64,000 nucleotides of DNA from Eledone cirrhosa. Lineage: Eukaryota. A program made the position numbers and the translations under genes. A model generated the notes under the pieces. That model made no database searches. It was not told the DNA's origin and was given only the letters and a program-made list of their open reading frames with translations. Every line of letters begins with the position of its first letter. The stretch's first letter is position 1. Shown here piece by piece: positions 42,912-57,987 of this stretch. The DNA lies in the NCBI GenBank assembly GCA_964016885.1, contig OZ024742.1:308636001-308700000 (forward strand), written 5' to 3'.

Positions 42912-44142
42912 CAGGAAGACATGATATGAAGGTTATAAAACACTTGTGGATAGTGAAGTTTTAAATCAGCATATGAAAAGTCGTTTTAGATTGATGTGTG
43001 ATATTGGGAAAAATATTTTATTTTGACCGGGGGGTGGGGTGGAAAGGATGGAAAAGAGGAGGGGATTAGAGTAAAAAGTGGAGAGGGAGGAGTATAATGA
43101 GGAAGGAAGAGATAGGAGGAGAGATGGGTGATAGAGATAGAGAGATAGCTTTTATAGCTGAGAAAGATATATTGTTTTACATAGAGAGGTTGAAAATCGT
43201 TGGAAGATAATGTATAAATTAAAAGAATTTGAAAATTAACGAAGAGAAAAATACTGTAAAGTTAAGGTTTGTATATTGAAGGGTTTAATAATATGTGCAA
43301 TGAAAAGAAAATGTTAATATGTATTAAGAATAATATTTAAGGGTTTAATAATATGTGCGATGGAAAGAAAAAGTTAATATGTATTAAGAATAATATTTAA
43401 GGGTTTAATAATATGAGCGATGGAAAGAAAATGTTGATATGTATTATTAAAAAGAACAACAGGTAATTTAAGTAAGGATATATTGTGAGATGAGCATGAA
43501 TAAGTTAGATGAAAGGGAGAAAAGAATAATGAATTGAGGATGAATAATCTAACGTCAAAAAAATGTTTATGTTTACGAAGGATTTTTACAAGGTGATATA
43601 GAGTAAGAATGTATTGTATTATGTAATAATTGTTTCTATGTTAGGCAACAGTTAGAAAAGGTACAGATTAGGGGTTAGACATTAAAAGAAAAAGAGAAGA
43701 AAGGGAAGTGATAAATAGGAGCGATATAGAATGAGTAACAAGTATTATAGAATGAGTAACAAGTATTATATAATGTATAATAAAAACTTTAAAATAAGGT
43801 AGAAAGATGGGTATATTTTTAAAGAAGTGTATATATATATATATGTGCCTTTGAGAAAAAGATTCTAAATTGATAAAGTTTTGGATATTAGCTGTATACT
43901 TTGTGGAATGTTTTGTGGAATTTATGCAAGCAGATAGAAAACAAGTCAGTGCGTCTATTTATTATAGAATCTAAATTACTCTCATCTCCTCCTCTTTTTC
44001 ATCCTTTCCAACCCCCCCCCCCCCCCCTCAAAATAAAATATTTTTCCCAATATCACACATCAATCTAAAACTACTTTTCATATGTTGATTTAAAACTGCA
44101 CTATCCACAAGTGTTCTATAACCTTCATATCATGTCTTCCTG

Positions 44143-44209
44143 TTTTATCTGATGAAAACACAAATATTATTGCATGATGATATTTGTTTTTGAAATGCGC
44201 ATAATAAAA
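44143..44209 (+). ncRNA. Type I hammerhead ribozyme motif (family C)
   Basis: TTTTAT-CTGATGA-AAACACAAATAT...ATATTTGTTTTT-GAAA-TGCGCA-TA-ATAAAA; palindromic stem III, AUA triplet. Confidence 0.78.
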
Positions 44210-44239
44210 TACATGGAATTCTTTTAACCATCTTTTGTT

Positions 44240-45758
<1,519 letters not shown>

Positions 45759-45783
45759 TAATAAATATAAATATATATATATA

Positions 45784-45907
<124 letters not shown>

Positions 45908-45981
45908 CATAGATATATATGTGTTTTGCAACGGGTCACTTTGTGGCTCAATAAAGAATTAATAAATTAAATAATCAGAGC

Positions 45982-46513
45982 TATATATCATAAAACATGT
46001 CTATAGAATCACCAGATAAAATATATACCGTTTCCTCTTCCAATTAGCATAATTAACCATATAAAAAATCAATTAGACCAAGCTATAAGAATAAAGGCTC
46101 CTATGAAGAAATCTCCGACAAATAACAGAAAGCAGCCCCTTCGCGGCGGCTACGACGGATCATTTATCGGATATTTCGACAGCATGTATAAATCGACCAG
46201 ATATACAGTCAACTAAACAGAATTAGGTATAAAATAAACTAAAAAAAAAGTGTACACATTTAATTACCTCTACCATGGTTTCGTCCGAATTTTAAGACAC
46301 CCGATAACATTGGATATCTAGAGCTTCGGATTCTTCAGGTGTTAGCTCAAATTTAGGGGCTTCTTTCGGTTATTTGTCGGAGATTTCTTCATAGGAGCCT
46401 TTATTCTTATAGCTTGGTCTAATTGATTTTTTATATGGTTAATTATGCTAAGTGGAAGAGGAATCGGTATATATTTTATCTGGTGATTCTATAGACATGT
46501 TTTATGATATATA
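45982..46513. repeat. Inverted-repeat module (~160-bp arms) with a hammerhead-like motif in the spacer
   Basis: Arms 45982-46140 / 46355-46513. Confidence 0.8.
46266..46344 (-). ncRNA. Degenerate type I hammerhead motif (family E)
   Basis: CTGAAGA-A-TCCGAA...TTCGGA-C-GAAA-CCATGG-TA; stem I pairs poorly. Confidence 0.5.
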
Positions 46514-46559
46514 TATATACTGTATATATTGTTAGGCGTCTAACAATGGCATACCACCC

Positions 46560-48446
46560 TTGTATGGGCTCCGCAAAGGCCACAAGACAGTCGACGACCC
46601 GATAACAGGACCACCAACAAGACCTGTATGCGGAGCAAATGTAGCTAGCAACTACAGGATCTCCTACTTCCTCTCAACGGTTATACACCCCATAATCAAG
46701 ATGTCCCTAGATGTAAGTGACAGTACAGAGGACCTCCTCAGCAGAATCAGTGAGTGCAACAAAAACAAAAACCTATCCAACTTCATAATAGGCAGTATGG
46801 ATGTGGTATCACCGTACCCATCCATTAACATTGATTTTGCTGTGGAAGAATGTGTGGAGATGATCATTGAGAGTGAGGTGGAGTTCTGCGACGTCGACAC
46901 AGACGAACTGGGCCTCCTACTTAGACTTACCTATGACACTGACTACCTAGACAGCCATGACCTTAGACGTTTCTGCCCCAGTAGACCTCCCACCATAACC
47001 TCAATGGCAAAAAAGACTCCCATGGGAAGGTGGATTGGGTGGACCAAAGCTATACGGACCCCCCAAAACAATGATCAGGTAAGAAAAATGGTCGCACATG
47101 CAATAGGGGCTAGTATGAAAACTACCCTAAAGGGCCACATATTCAAATTCAAGATCTACACCCAAAATGAGGGAGCAGCCATTGGCGTCAGCATAGCTGG
47201 TGACGTTGTCAACGTTTTTATGGTATGGTGGGAAAGGAGACTCAAAGATCTCCTTGATGAGAGCTCCATAGACCTCATCATGTACTCTCGTTACGTAAAC
47301 GACATCAATATATTAATAAGGACATCCTTACAAGAGAGTACTAACAAGTTTGAGTTAGAACGTAGCACAATTGAAAGCATCCAGCAGATAGCTAATTCCA
47401 TACACCAGAGTATAACTGTAACTATCGACTACCCTTCCAAACACCCTAACAATAGACTACCTGTATTAGACACGGAACTCTGGATTAGCACCCTAGACGA
47501 GAGAGCCCAAATTCTCCACTCACACTATGCTAAACCCATGGCCTCCAAATACCTGATACTCAAAAACTCAGTAATATCCAATAGTGCTAAGTTTAATATT
47601 CTGATCGCAGACTTGGTGCGAGTGATGAAGAATGTGTCTCGCATGTGCGACCCAACAGAAATGGAAAGACACATCCAACACTTCATCAACCGCATGCAGT
47701 TCTCTGGCTACAACCAAAGAGACAGAATCAGAGTATACGAAGGAGCCACGGAGAATTATAAGACTCTCATAGAACTGGACATGAAAGGAATTTGCCCATT
47801 ATACAGGAGCAAATCATGGAATAGCTTAGATAGGACTAGACATAAGATAGGGAAAGCCATCTCATGGTACGACAACCAGAGATACCAGAGTGTCATGTTT
47901 GTGGACGCTACTCCTAGAGGGAAATTAGCTAATCAGTGTAGAAACGCCCTGAGAAAGACCCACTTAAAGATTAAGGTGGTATAAAAGCCAGAAACCACCA
48001 TAAAATCCCTAATCAGCAAAACCTACCCTTTTAAGAAAACCCACTGTACTAATAGGAAATGTATTATATGTAAAGTAAACCCCCGGATAAACTGTAAAAC
48101 TAGAAACGTAGTCTATAGCATAAGATGTACAGAGGGTACTTGCAGAAACATGACAACAACATACATAGGCGAGACAGCTCGTAGCATAGGTGAAAGGATA
48201 GACCAACACTGGGGGGAACTAAAAGGACGAAAAAACGGTTCAGTACTATACGAACATGCCAGACAACAACACAACGGTAACATAGACAACATAGAAATTA
48301 GAATAATATCTAAACATAGAAATGACCAAGCAGATAGGCAAATCAGAGAGGCCAGCGAAATAGAACTTAGAAGGCCAAGGCTAAACGGAAAGAATGAATG
48401 GAATAACAACACCCAAACAAACAATACTGACCTAAGAGAAGTATAA
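46560..48446 (+). pseudogene. Penelope RT + GIY-YIG endonuclease ORF with one in-frame stop (47982-47984) and YVND in place of YVDD
   Basis: Motifs LYGLRKGHK, RPV, SMDVVSPYPSI, QNEGAAIG, RYVNDI, LPVLD; after the stop, in the same frame: HCTNRKCIIC...CKTRNVVYSIRC...YIGETARSIGERIDQH...REASEI...LN. Confidence 0.88.
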
Positions 48447-48680
48447 ATAAATGAATAAATACATACACAAGAATAATAACAACAAACACATATAAACACA
48501 CACTAGTAAACTAAGATAGAATACAATAACCAATACACAGTCATCCAAACACGATCACACATCAAACACTATACACACACGCAAACGCATGCGCAGAGAA
48601 GACAAAAAAAAAATAAATAAACAAACTAAATAAAAATGGCGTAGGCATACAATACAACGGGAGGAAACATAATAGCACGA

Positions 48681-48722
48681 CTGAAGATGTTGCAGATGTG
48701 CAACGAAAACGAAAGAACTTTG
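48681..48722 (+). ncRNA. Degenerate hammerhead-like motif in Penelope 3' tail (family F); relatives at 44567-44608 (-) and 50131-50168 (+)
   Basis: CTGAAGA-T-GTTGCA-GATG-TGCAAC-GAAA...GAACTTTG, sense to the ORF; stems I and III are weak. Confidence 0.45.
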
Positions 48723-48920
48723 TTAGACTATATATATGTGTTTGTGTCTATATTATATTTGTATTTTTTACCGTTGGTCAGTCAATGGTAACATTGAGGA
48801 CCGAATAAATTAAATTAACCGATATAAAAGACTCAGAAGCGAAAACCAACCAAACAGTGAGTATGTTCTGTTATTAATTCTGGCAATATTATCACACAAA
48901 TATGACCCTCCACATATATT

Positions 48921-49023
<103 letters not shown>

Positions 49024-49188
49024 AGTATATTTACCAACATATGCGTACAGATGTACACTAATGCTAGCAAATACATAAGTTATGTCATAGTACCTAGGTG
49101 GTTCTATGCAGGGGGATGCAGAACAATTATATGAAAGATGTAAAATAAGAAAGTTTTAAAAATTAAAAATTAACTTACTAAAATTTTC

Positions 49189-49270
49189 ACTCCAACTAAT
49201 TAGTTTCTGTAATGGGATAAATATAGTTACGCAATGTAACCATCGAGAATTCATTACGTTATCAGGGAGT
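49189..49270 (-). ncRNA. Hammerhead motif (family B), core mutated to CTGATAA
   Basis: ACTCC-CTGATAA-C-GTAATG...CATTAC-A-GAAA-CTAATTAG-TT-GGAGT on the minus strand. Confidence 0.55.
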
Positions 49271-49722
49271 CTATTCTCAGCTAAGTTCCCAGGCAATGCG
49301 CGGACACTAGGAGCTCATATAAAAATAATAATTCGGTGGATGGAACAGCTAGCGGGGACTGAATTCCATAGCACTGAAAAAGTTCACTGTCTCTGGTCAA
49401 GTGGCAGATTCTAAAGAATCAATCACATGACACTGAGGCTAGTCAGTAGGAGTGGGATCGTATTATGACAAGAGCCTACTACCACTACGATGAATTAGCA
49501 GTGGATTTGGCAAGTTTGCTCAACAAATAAATAATTTGGAGATAAATATAGAGAATTAGTATATTTACCAACATATGCGTACAGATGTACACTAATGCTA
49601 GCAAATACATAAGTTATGTCATAGTACCTAGGTGGTTCTATGCAGAGGGATGCAGAACAATTATATGAAAGACGTAAAATAAGAAAATTTTAAAAATTAA
49701 AAGTTAACTTACTAAAATTTTC

Positions 49723-49804
49723 ACTCCAACTAATTAGTTTCTGTAATGGGATAAAGATAGTTACGCAATGTAACCATCGAGAATTCATAACGTCATCAGG
49801 GAGT
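49723..49804 (-). ncRNA. Type I hammerhead ribozyme motif (family B), intact core
   Basis: ACTCC-CTGATGA-C-GTTATG...CATTAC-A-GAAA-CTAATTAG-TT-GGAGT on the minus strand. Confidence 0.72.
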
Positions 49805-49953
49805 CTATTCTCAGCTAAGTTCCAAGGCGTAATGAATTCTCGATGGTTACATTGCGTAACTATCTTTATCCCATTACAGAAACTAATTAGTTGGAGTGAA
49901 AATTTTAGTAAGTAAGTTAATTTTTAATTTTTAAAATTTTCTTATTTTACGTC

Positions 49954-50004
<51 letters not shown>

Positions 50005-50005
<1 letters not shown>

Positions 50006-50323
50006 CGTTTGTGAATTTGTTTAGCAAGATTCTTTATCTGAAAACGTGTGTTGAAACCGATATTGTTATACTTTGGGAGGGTCATGTTGCCAATAAGAAA
50101 CACACGCACCAGTTGCTTTCACTTCAATTTATGAAGAGGTCACAGAATGTGTGACGAAAGAACTTTGACAATATATAAACAACCATCTGGTTGTGGAACC
50201 AACCAACCAACCGGAAATTTATAAATTCCTAAATTTATAAATTGATTGTAATAAATTGAAGTGAAAGCAGCTGGTGCGTGTGTTTCTTATTGGCAACATG
50301 ACCCTCCCAAAGTATAACAATAT
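50005..50323. mobile_element. Penelope-tail-related fragment with ~72-bp inverted arms
   Basis: Arms ~50060-50131 / ~50252-50323; similar to the tail at 44318-44392. Confidence 0.6.
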
Positions 50324-50340
50324 ATATATATATCTATATA

Positions 50341-50382
<42 letters not shown>

Positions 50383-50546
50383 TATATATACAGTATATAT
50401 ATATATACAGTATATATATATATACAGTATATATATATATAAATATATATATACAGTATATATATATATAAATATATATATACAGTATATATATATATAT
50501 AAATATATATATACAGTATATATATATATATAAATATATATTTACA

Positions 50547-50604
<58 letters not shown>

Positions 50605-50636
50605 TATATATATATATATATAAATATATATACACA

Positions 50637-50714
<78 letters not shown>

Positions 50715-50718
<4 letters not shown>

Positions 50719-53180
50719 ATAATAATAGATTTGAAGACTAAAATCCAAAGACGGCTCGATAAGGATAAATATATATCAAATATATAAGAACCGTAGAGCA
50801 AATATTTATTAAAATAACAGATTAAATTTTAAGCAAAGAATCGCTGCTTTCACACTTAACGGGATCTTCTGAAACTAACAAAGTCAATCTGTGAACGCAG
50901 AAGTTGATATTTCAAAAAACATTGCAAGCGGAGGAAGACAGGAAGACGATACTTTGGTTCGTGGAAACGTTCCCTAGCAAAGAACGGGAAAAAAACGAAT
51001 ATAATACGTCATTATTTGGAGCGGTGAAAAACAATTACACGCAAAGACAGAACCACGTTTATGGTATAAAAGAAGTCGTAGACTAATATTCTCTTAGGTC
51101 GTTCATAGAGACTTCTCTGCCAATGAAGGGAAAAAACGAAGATAATACGTCATACGTGGAGCGTAGAGAACAATTGCACGCAAATGACAAAACCACGTAA
51201 ATGGTATAACTTAAGTCGTAGACTAAAATTCTAACTAGGAAACCGAATGATTCTCCGTTTCAGAGTTAAGAATAAAGTAAATAAAATACAGAGGTAATTG
51301 AAATTAAATCAATACATACACGCATCCAAATACGTACATACACAAGCATACGCGAAAACACTCGCTATAGGTATACAAATACACGTACATATAAATATGT
51401 GTGTGTGTGTGTGTGCGTGTATACAAATAATTAAATATACGTATATAAATAAATAAATACGTATATAACAAGCGCACACACATACCTACATGTAAATACA
51501 CAAATGTTCGGAGACGCACGTCAACTAAAACACGAAGTACACATATACACACACCCTACATACATACGAACCCGCATACTCACAAAGACGCAAAACTCAC
51601 GTATACACATAACCAAAAGCATATGTACCAGAATATATAAAATATACGCCATAACATATACAATCAAATATACGTACGAGAAAGTATACGTACCTTCACA
51701 AAACATACAGGTAATATATACTTACCTATGCAAATAGGTAATGGTATAAACATAACATATACTTAGCTACCACATCAAGACGTAAAATATCCGCGTATAG
51801 ATCGTACTATCCGTAATACAGGAAAGTTTTGTGCAATTTATGTTTACAAGCCGAAATTGCCTCAGATTTTTTGTTTAAGATGTGGTCTGTGGCGTAGAGT
51901 ATTTCCAGGGCCACAGCGGCGCAGAGGGCACATGTGACCTCTGCGCCGCTGAGACCCTGGAAATACTCTACGCCACAGACCACATCTTAAACAGTCCACA
52001 TCTTAAACAAAAAATCTGAGGCAATTTCGACTTGTAAACATAAATTGCACAAAACGTTCCTGTATTACAGCCCCACATTATACCCTAACGGATAGTACGA
52101 TCTATACGCGGATAATTTACGTCTTGATGTGGTAGCTAAGTATATGTTATGTTTATACCATTACTTATTTGTATAGGTAAGTATATATTACCTGTATGTT
52201 TTGTGAAGGTACGTATACTTTCTTGTACGTATATTTGATTGTATATGTTATGGCGTATATTTTATATATTCTGGTACATATGTTTTTGGTTATGTGTATA
52301 CGTGAGTTTTGCGTCTGTGTGAGTATGCGGGTTTGTACGTATGTAGGGTGTGTGTATATGTGTACTTCGTGTTTTGGTTGACGTGCGTCTCCGAACATTT
52401 GTGTATTTACATGTAGGTATGTGTGTGCGCTTGTTATATACGTATTTATTTATTTATATACGTTTATTTAATTATTTGTATACACGCACACACACAACAC
52501 ACATATTTATGTGTGCGTGTATACCTATGGCGAGTGTTTTCGCGTATGCTTGTGTATGTACGTATTTGGATGCGTGTATGTATTTATTTAATTTCAATTA
52601 CCTCTGTATTCTATTTACTTTATTCTTAACTCTGAAGCGGAGAGTCATTCTGTTTCCTAGTTAGAATTTTAGTCTACAACTTCAGTTATACCATTTACGT
52701 GGTTTTGTCTTTGCGTGCAATTGTTCTCCACGCTTCACATATGAGTATTATCTTCGTTTTTTTCGTTCATTGCCAGAGAACGTCTCTATGAACCACCTAA
52801 GAGAATATTAGTCTCCGACTTCTTTTATACCATAAACGTGGTTCTGTCTTTGCGTGTAATTGTTTTTCACCGCTCCAAATAATGACGTATTATATTCGTT
52901 TTTTCCCCGTTCTTTGCCAGGGAACGTTTCCACGAACCAAAGTATCGTCTCCCTGTCTTCCACCGGTTGCAACGTTTTTTTGAAATATTCACTTCTGCGT
53001 TCACAGATTGACTTTGTTAGTTTCAGAAGATCCCGTTAAGGGTGAAAGCAGCGATTCTTTGCTTAAACTTTAATCTGTTATTTTAATAAATATTTGCTCT
53101 AGTACTCTTATATATTCGATATATATTTATCCTTATCGAGCCCTCTTTGGATTTTAGTCTTCACATGTTTTATTATTACT
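50715..53180. repeat. ~2.46-kb fold-back palindrome (1.2-kb arms, no spacer) in (TA)n
   Basis: Centre CACA|TGTG at 51932/51933; arms align end to end with scattered substitutions; terminal fragments recur at ~5940, ~6150, ~15780, ~41801, ~53355 and ~53390. Confidence 0.9.
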
Positions 53181-53295
53181 ATATATATATATATTTAAAT
53201 ATATATATATATATATATAATATATAAATGATATATATATATATATAATATATATATATAATATAATATATACATATATATATATATAATATATA

Positions 53296-53337
<42 letters not shown>

Positions 53338-53866
53338 TACATATATACATGTATTTTAGTCTTCAAATTTATTATTATTACTATATATATGGATTTTAGT
53401 CTTCAAATTTATTATTATTACTATATATATATAAGTGAAACATACCAATTTTTCTGGTGCTTGCTGAGGAGATAGAAATGCGGTATTCTTTCACTTTCAT
53501 TTTTCGAAACTTATTTGGATTTTAAGGTTTAAACCAGTCTACGGAACAGGTTTGATTTTGAAATTCAAATTTGTCCAAGCACCACGGCCATTTGCCCATA
53601 TACTTTGTTTTTATTGATTTATTATTTTAAATCGAGACAGGCAAACTGTATTATTATAATTAGTATTTTTCAATCTAGCTAACTTAGTCATTTACAATAC
53701 AAACATGGATATGTTGGTATTTGTGTTTATCAAATATATTAATTTATATTAACTTGTATTACACGGCTCAGAAATACTTCTTTCTTTGAGCTATTCCATT
53801 GTAAAGGACTACCTGAGATTTGAACTCATTATTAATAGTATATAAATATATATATATGTATATATG

Positions 53867-53919
<53 letters not shown>

Positions 53920-54739
53920 AATTCAGAAAGTAAATTAAACGTCTATTCCGTTCTGTTGGGACTGTGGCACTTACTTAAAATATGCGTAGAAGGCGCTTGG
54001 TCAAAGAATTCCTTAATATATCTTATAGGCTTCGGTATTTCTTGGTTTTTTGACGTATTTTGGTTTCGGAAAGAGGGAGGTTGTGTGTTCATTAATCCCA
54101 ATATATAACGGCCGGTTTAGGGCTCCTTCCATTTAACTTCACAAACTGTTAACATAATGTCCCACCGTCCTGTATAAATCTATACAGTGATCTGAAATTC
54201 ATCATGCCATGTGTCGGACTTGCATCGGTTTCGATGACGTCTGTTCCATAGGTTCAAACGATATAACAATCTGCTCTTGAAATTAACTTACGAATGGCTG
54301 AGCTTTCCACGAGTACGTAGATATTTAACGCGGTCATCAAAGACATTCGGTAACACACAGTGTCTAACAAGATTGACCCAAAACTCATTTATGCTTACTG
54401 AATGGACTTGGCAAATGGACATTTTTCTAACTCAAGGACACAATGATATGACGGGAATTGAACGGATTATCTTACGATAGTGAGCCGAACGCCCCATAAA
54501 TTAAGCGACGGGAGAATTAATTAATTTTGTATAATCCAAGGTTATAATTATGATATTTCAATTCCGACACCAGACATTTTCACGAAAGATTTAACCACGT
54601 TATTATTTTAGATGAATGCTACAGCCATTCCCTAATGTAAAATGTATTACTCCCTGTGATATATGATACGTTACGCAAATGATGATCAATTCTCGATATA
54701 TATATACACACTATATACATACATACATACATACATACA

Positions 54740-54825
<86 letters not shown>

Positions 54826-55087
54826 TATACACATATATATATATACATATATATAAATATATATATACAGTATATATATATATAAATATAGACAAGCAAC
54901 TGAAAGAACTTCCATTATACATATGGCCTCCCTTGGGTGTTTAAAGGCAAAATTTCTTTAAATCAAAGCAAAACTAAATATATGTTTCCATACATTATTA
55001 ATTGATGAATATGTTCAATGGTGTAATAAGTAATTCGTAACACAAGACTGAATATAATTTTATCTGAAACCTTAAAGGCTTTTTTTT

Positions 55088-56074
55088 ATTTTTCATTTTT
55101 CATTTTTCATTTTTCATTTTTCATTTTTCATTTTTCATTTTTCATTTTTCATTTTTCATTTTTCATTTTTCATTTTTCATTTTTCATTTTTCATTTTTCA
55201 TTTTTCATTTTTCATTTTTCATTTTTCATTTTTCATTTTTCATTTTTCATTTTTCATTTTCATTTTTCATTTTTCATTTTTCATTTTTCATTTTTCATTT
55301 TTCATTTTTCATTTTTCATTTTTCATTTTTCATTTTTCATTTTTCATTTTTCATTTTTCATTTTTCATTTTTCATTTTTCATTTTTCATTTTTCATTTTT
55401 CATTTTTCATTTTTCATTTTTCATTTTTCATTTTTCATTTTTCATTTTTCATTTTTCATTTTTCATTTTTCATTTTTCATTTTTCATTTTTCATTTTTCA
55501 TTTTTCATTTTTCATTTTTCATTTTTCATTTTTCATTTTTCATTTTTCATTTTTCATTTTTCATTTTTCATTTTTCATTTTTCATTTTTCATTTTTCATT
55601 TTTCATTTTTCATTTTTCATTTTTCATTTTTCATTTTTCATTTTTCATTTTTCATTTTTCATTTTTCATTTTTCATTTTTCATTTTTCATTTTTCATTTT
55701 TCATTTTTCATTTTTCATTTTTCATTTTTCATTTTTCATTTTTCATTTTTCATTTTTCATTTTTCATTTTTCATTTTTCATTTTTCATTTTTCATTTTTC
55801 ATTTTTCATTTTTCAGTTTTCAGTTTTCAGTTTTCAGTTTTCAGTTTTCATTTTTCATTTTTCATTTTTCATTTTTCATTTTTCATTTTTCATTTTTCAT
55901 TTTTCATTTTTCATTTTTCATTTTTCATTTTTCATTTTTCATTTTTCATTTTTCATTTTTCATTTTTCATTTTTCATTTTTCATTTTTCATTTTTCATTT
56001 TTCATTTTTCATTTTTCATTTTTCATTTTTCATTTTTCATTTATCATTTTTCATTTTTCATTTTTCATTTTTCA
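55088..56074. repeat. (TTTTTCA)n heptamer satellite, ~140 copies
   Basis: Direct inspection; short G-containing variant block at ~55816-55850. Confidence 0.95.
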
Positions 56075-56111
56075 TTTCTGCCTTTTACAAAACTTCCAGT
56101 GATAATATAGA

Positions 56112-56337
56112 TGTAGTAAGACGCCTCACGCTCCTTGATAGAACAACGCCGGTTGAGAACGCCAGAAAGAAAAGACAGACAGCCACTGGAAAGCCGACGG
56201 ATCACACGCCAGATACCAGCCTCTGTACAATACCATTGTTTGTGCTACAACAAAAAATAAACGTATATTTCATCTCTAATTTCTGCTGTTATTATGTCAC
56301 TTGCATCTCGATAACATCTACAACTAATACTGCTAAA
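56112..56337 (+). repeat. 5' LTR
   Basis: TGTAGTAAGACG...CTGCTAAA; contains AATAAA. Confidence 0.93.
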
Positions 56338-56338
56338 G

Positions 56339-56351
56339 TGGTGACCGACGT
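56339..56351 (+). promoter_or_regulatory. Primer binding site, tRNA-Trp-like
   Basis: TGGTGACCGACGT versus the expected TGGTGACCCCGACGT (2 C missing). Confidence 0.7.
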
Positions 56352-57205
56352 AAGAATTTAACGCAGCCCTTCTTTTTCATCAATTGAACTTTTATTGCCA
56401 CATTGTCGGCCTTTTTTTTCGCAACTTGTGAAAATAAAAAATATTCCTTTTAAAATTATCGAAAAGTTAGTGGTATTTCAAAAGATTTTTTGCTACACTC
56501 GACAACAACAACGACAGCAGCAGCAGCGACAACATTGTTTAACCACTGACCAAAACAGGGAATAGTGAGTGGCAGCTTCATAGCCTTACCGACGCAAACC
56601 ACCACACATCGGAAATATCAAAACGATTCATTCGTGTCGATAATTTAGAGCAACTTTTTTTTATTCACTTGAATATTCCATTTCCGTTGCCAACTTTTTC
56701 GCAACTTACAGAAGAAAAAAGAAAAAAGTGTATTTTTCCAAGGTGGCGTTGCGTTCCTTCCCAGTTTTGTAACGGAGACATATTTTGAATTGCGTGTTTG
56801 TTCCATGACTGATCAAGAGAGGAGAGACTAAACTTTTTTTTGTGAACATAACTGCCCCGCATGGGGATATACATGCCTTACCTTTTTCTAGGGGATTTTT
56901 AGCCACTGGCTACCTTTGTTGATATCCAACGCGGATATATTTTTAAAAAAAAAAAACATTTTTTTTCTTCCTCTTTTTTACCTTATTTGATTTGGCTGGT
57001 TCGTTGAAGCAACGCGAGGGGACAGACGTTGAAGGAAAAAATTTTTTTTAAAAGATATATATCTGTATTTTATGTATTTTGAATATTTCCTTATGTTTTG
57101 AATGTCTGTTTCTTTTTGCCCTTTAACTTTTTCTCAATATTGGCTGTTCTCTTTTCACTGTACAATATATAGGTATATATATTTGTTTTAATTTTAAAAG
57201 TTGAC

Positions 57206-57987
57206 ATGAATGTACCACATTTGCCCGCCTTTACTGGAAAACCTAAGATGTGGTTTGCCCAGTTACAGGCGTATTTTACGGTCTGTAAGACCGAATCTGA
57301 CCAGCGCCTCGCTGTACTGATTAGCGGCCTTCCCCCTAATCTAGCAGATTCGGTCCAAGACCTAATTACAGACCCCCCCCCCCCTTTGACTTGACGTATG
57401 AGTTTTTGAAGGGCGAGATTTTGAGGAGGAATTGTAAGTCGGTAGAGAGTCGTTTTCGGTCACTGATCGAGGACGAACGATTAGGTGACAGGACCCCTAC
57501 CGTTTTTCTCCGGCATTTGCGGGATTTGAGCGATTCCCAAGATCAGGATAGCCCTTTCCTGAAGCAATTGTTCTTCTCTCGCCTACCTCAAGAGGTACAG
57601 GCGATCCTAGCCCATATGCTAGAGGTGAATACCCTGGATCACATTGCTGTCTCTGCTGACAAAATTGTGGAGGTGACGAAGAGAGACACTTCGAAGCCAA
57701 AGTACGTTGCTTCCTCTTCTCTTCCTCAATCACGCTCATCAGCGTCTGATGACAAATTAATCACCACTATGGAAGCCATGACTCGTCAAATGGCGGAGTT
57801 GTGCACGGAATTCAGGTCCTTTGGACGGCAGAGGAGCCGCTCACGACGTTATTCAACTTCTCGCCACCGTAGCCCTTCCAACACACCAGGAACAACATAT
57901 TGTTATTACCATGAAAGATATGGTAAAAAAGCCGCCCGTTGTAGGCCTCTTTGTACTTACGAGGGAAAAGACGACCAGAGTCACTAA
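57206..57987 (+). CDS. gag: Gag, frameshifted at the poly-C run ~57373-57384
   Basis: LPAF...[34 protein letters not shown]2-H-X9-C-X3-C ([18 protein letters not shown]). Confidence 0.85.

Larger units (their letters stand above)
42810..44245. mobile_element. Inverted-repeat module (~265-bp arms, ~900-bp spacer), each arm carrying a hammerhead motif (family C)
   Basis: Arms ~42810-43075 / ~43977-44245; the spacer contains a 60-bp tandem repeat at ~43280-43447. Confidence 0.8.

Noticed and set aside
55088-56074. Telomeric repeat
   Set aside because: Not a G-rich TTAGGG-type unit, and it is interstitial
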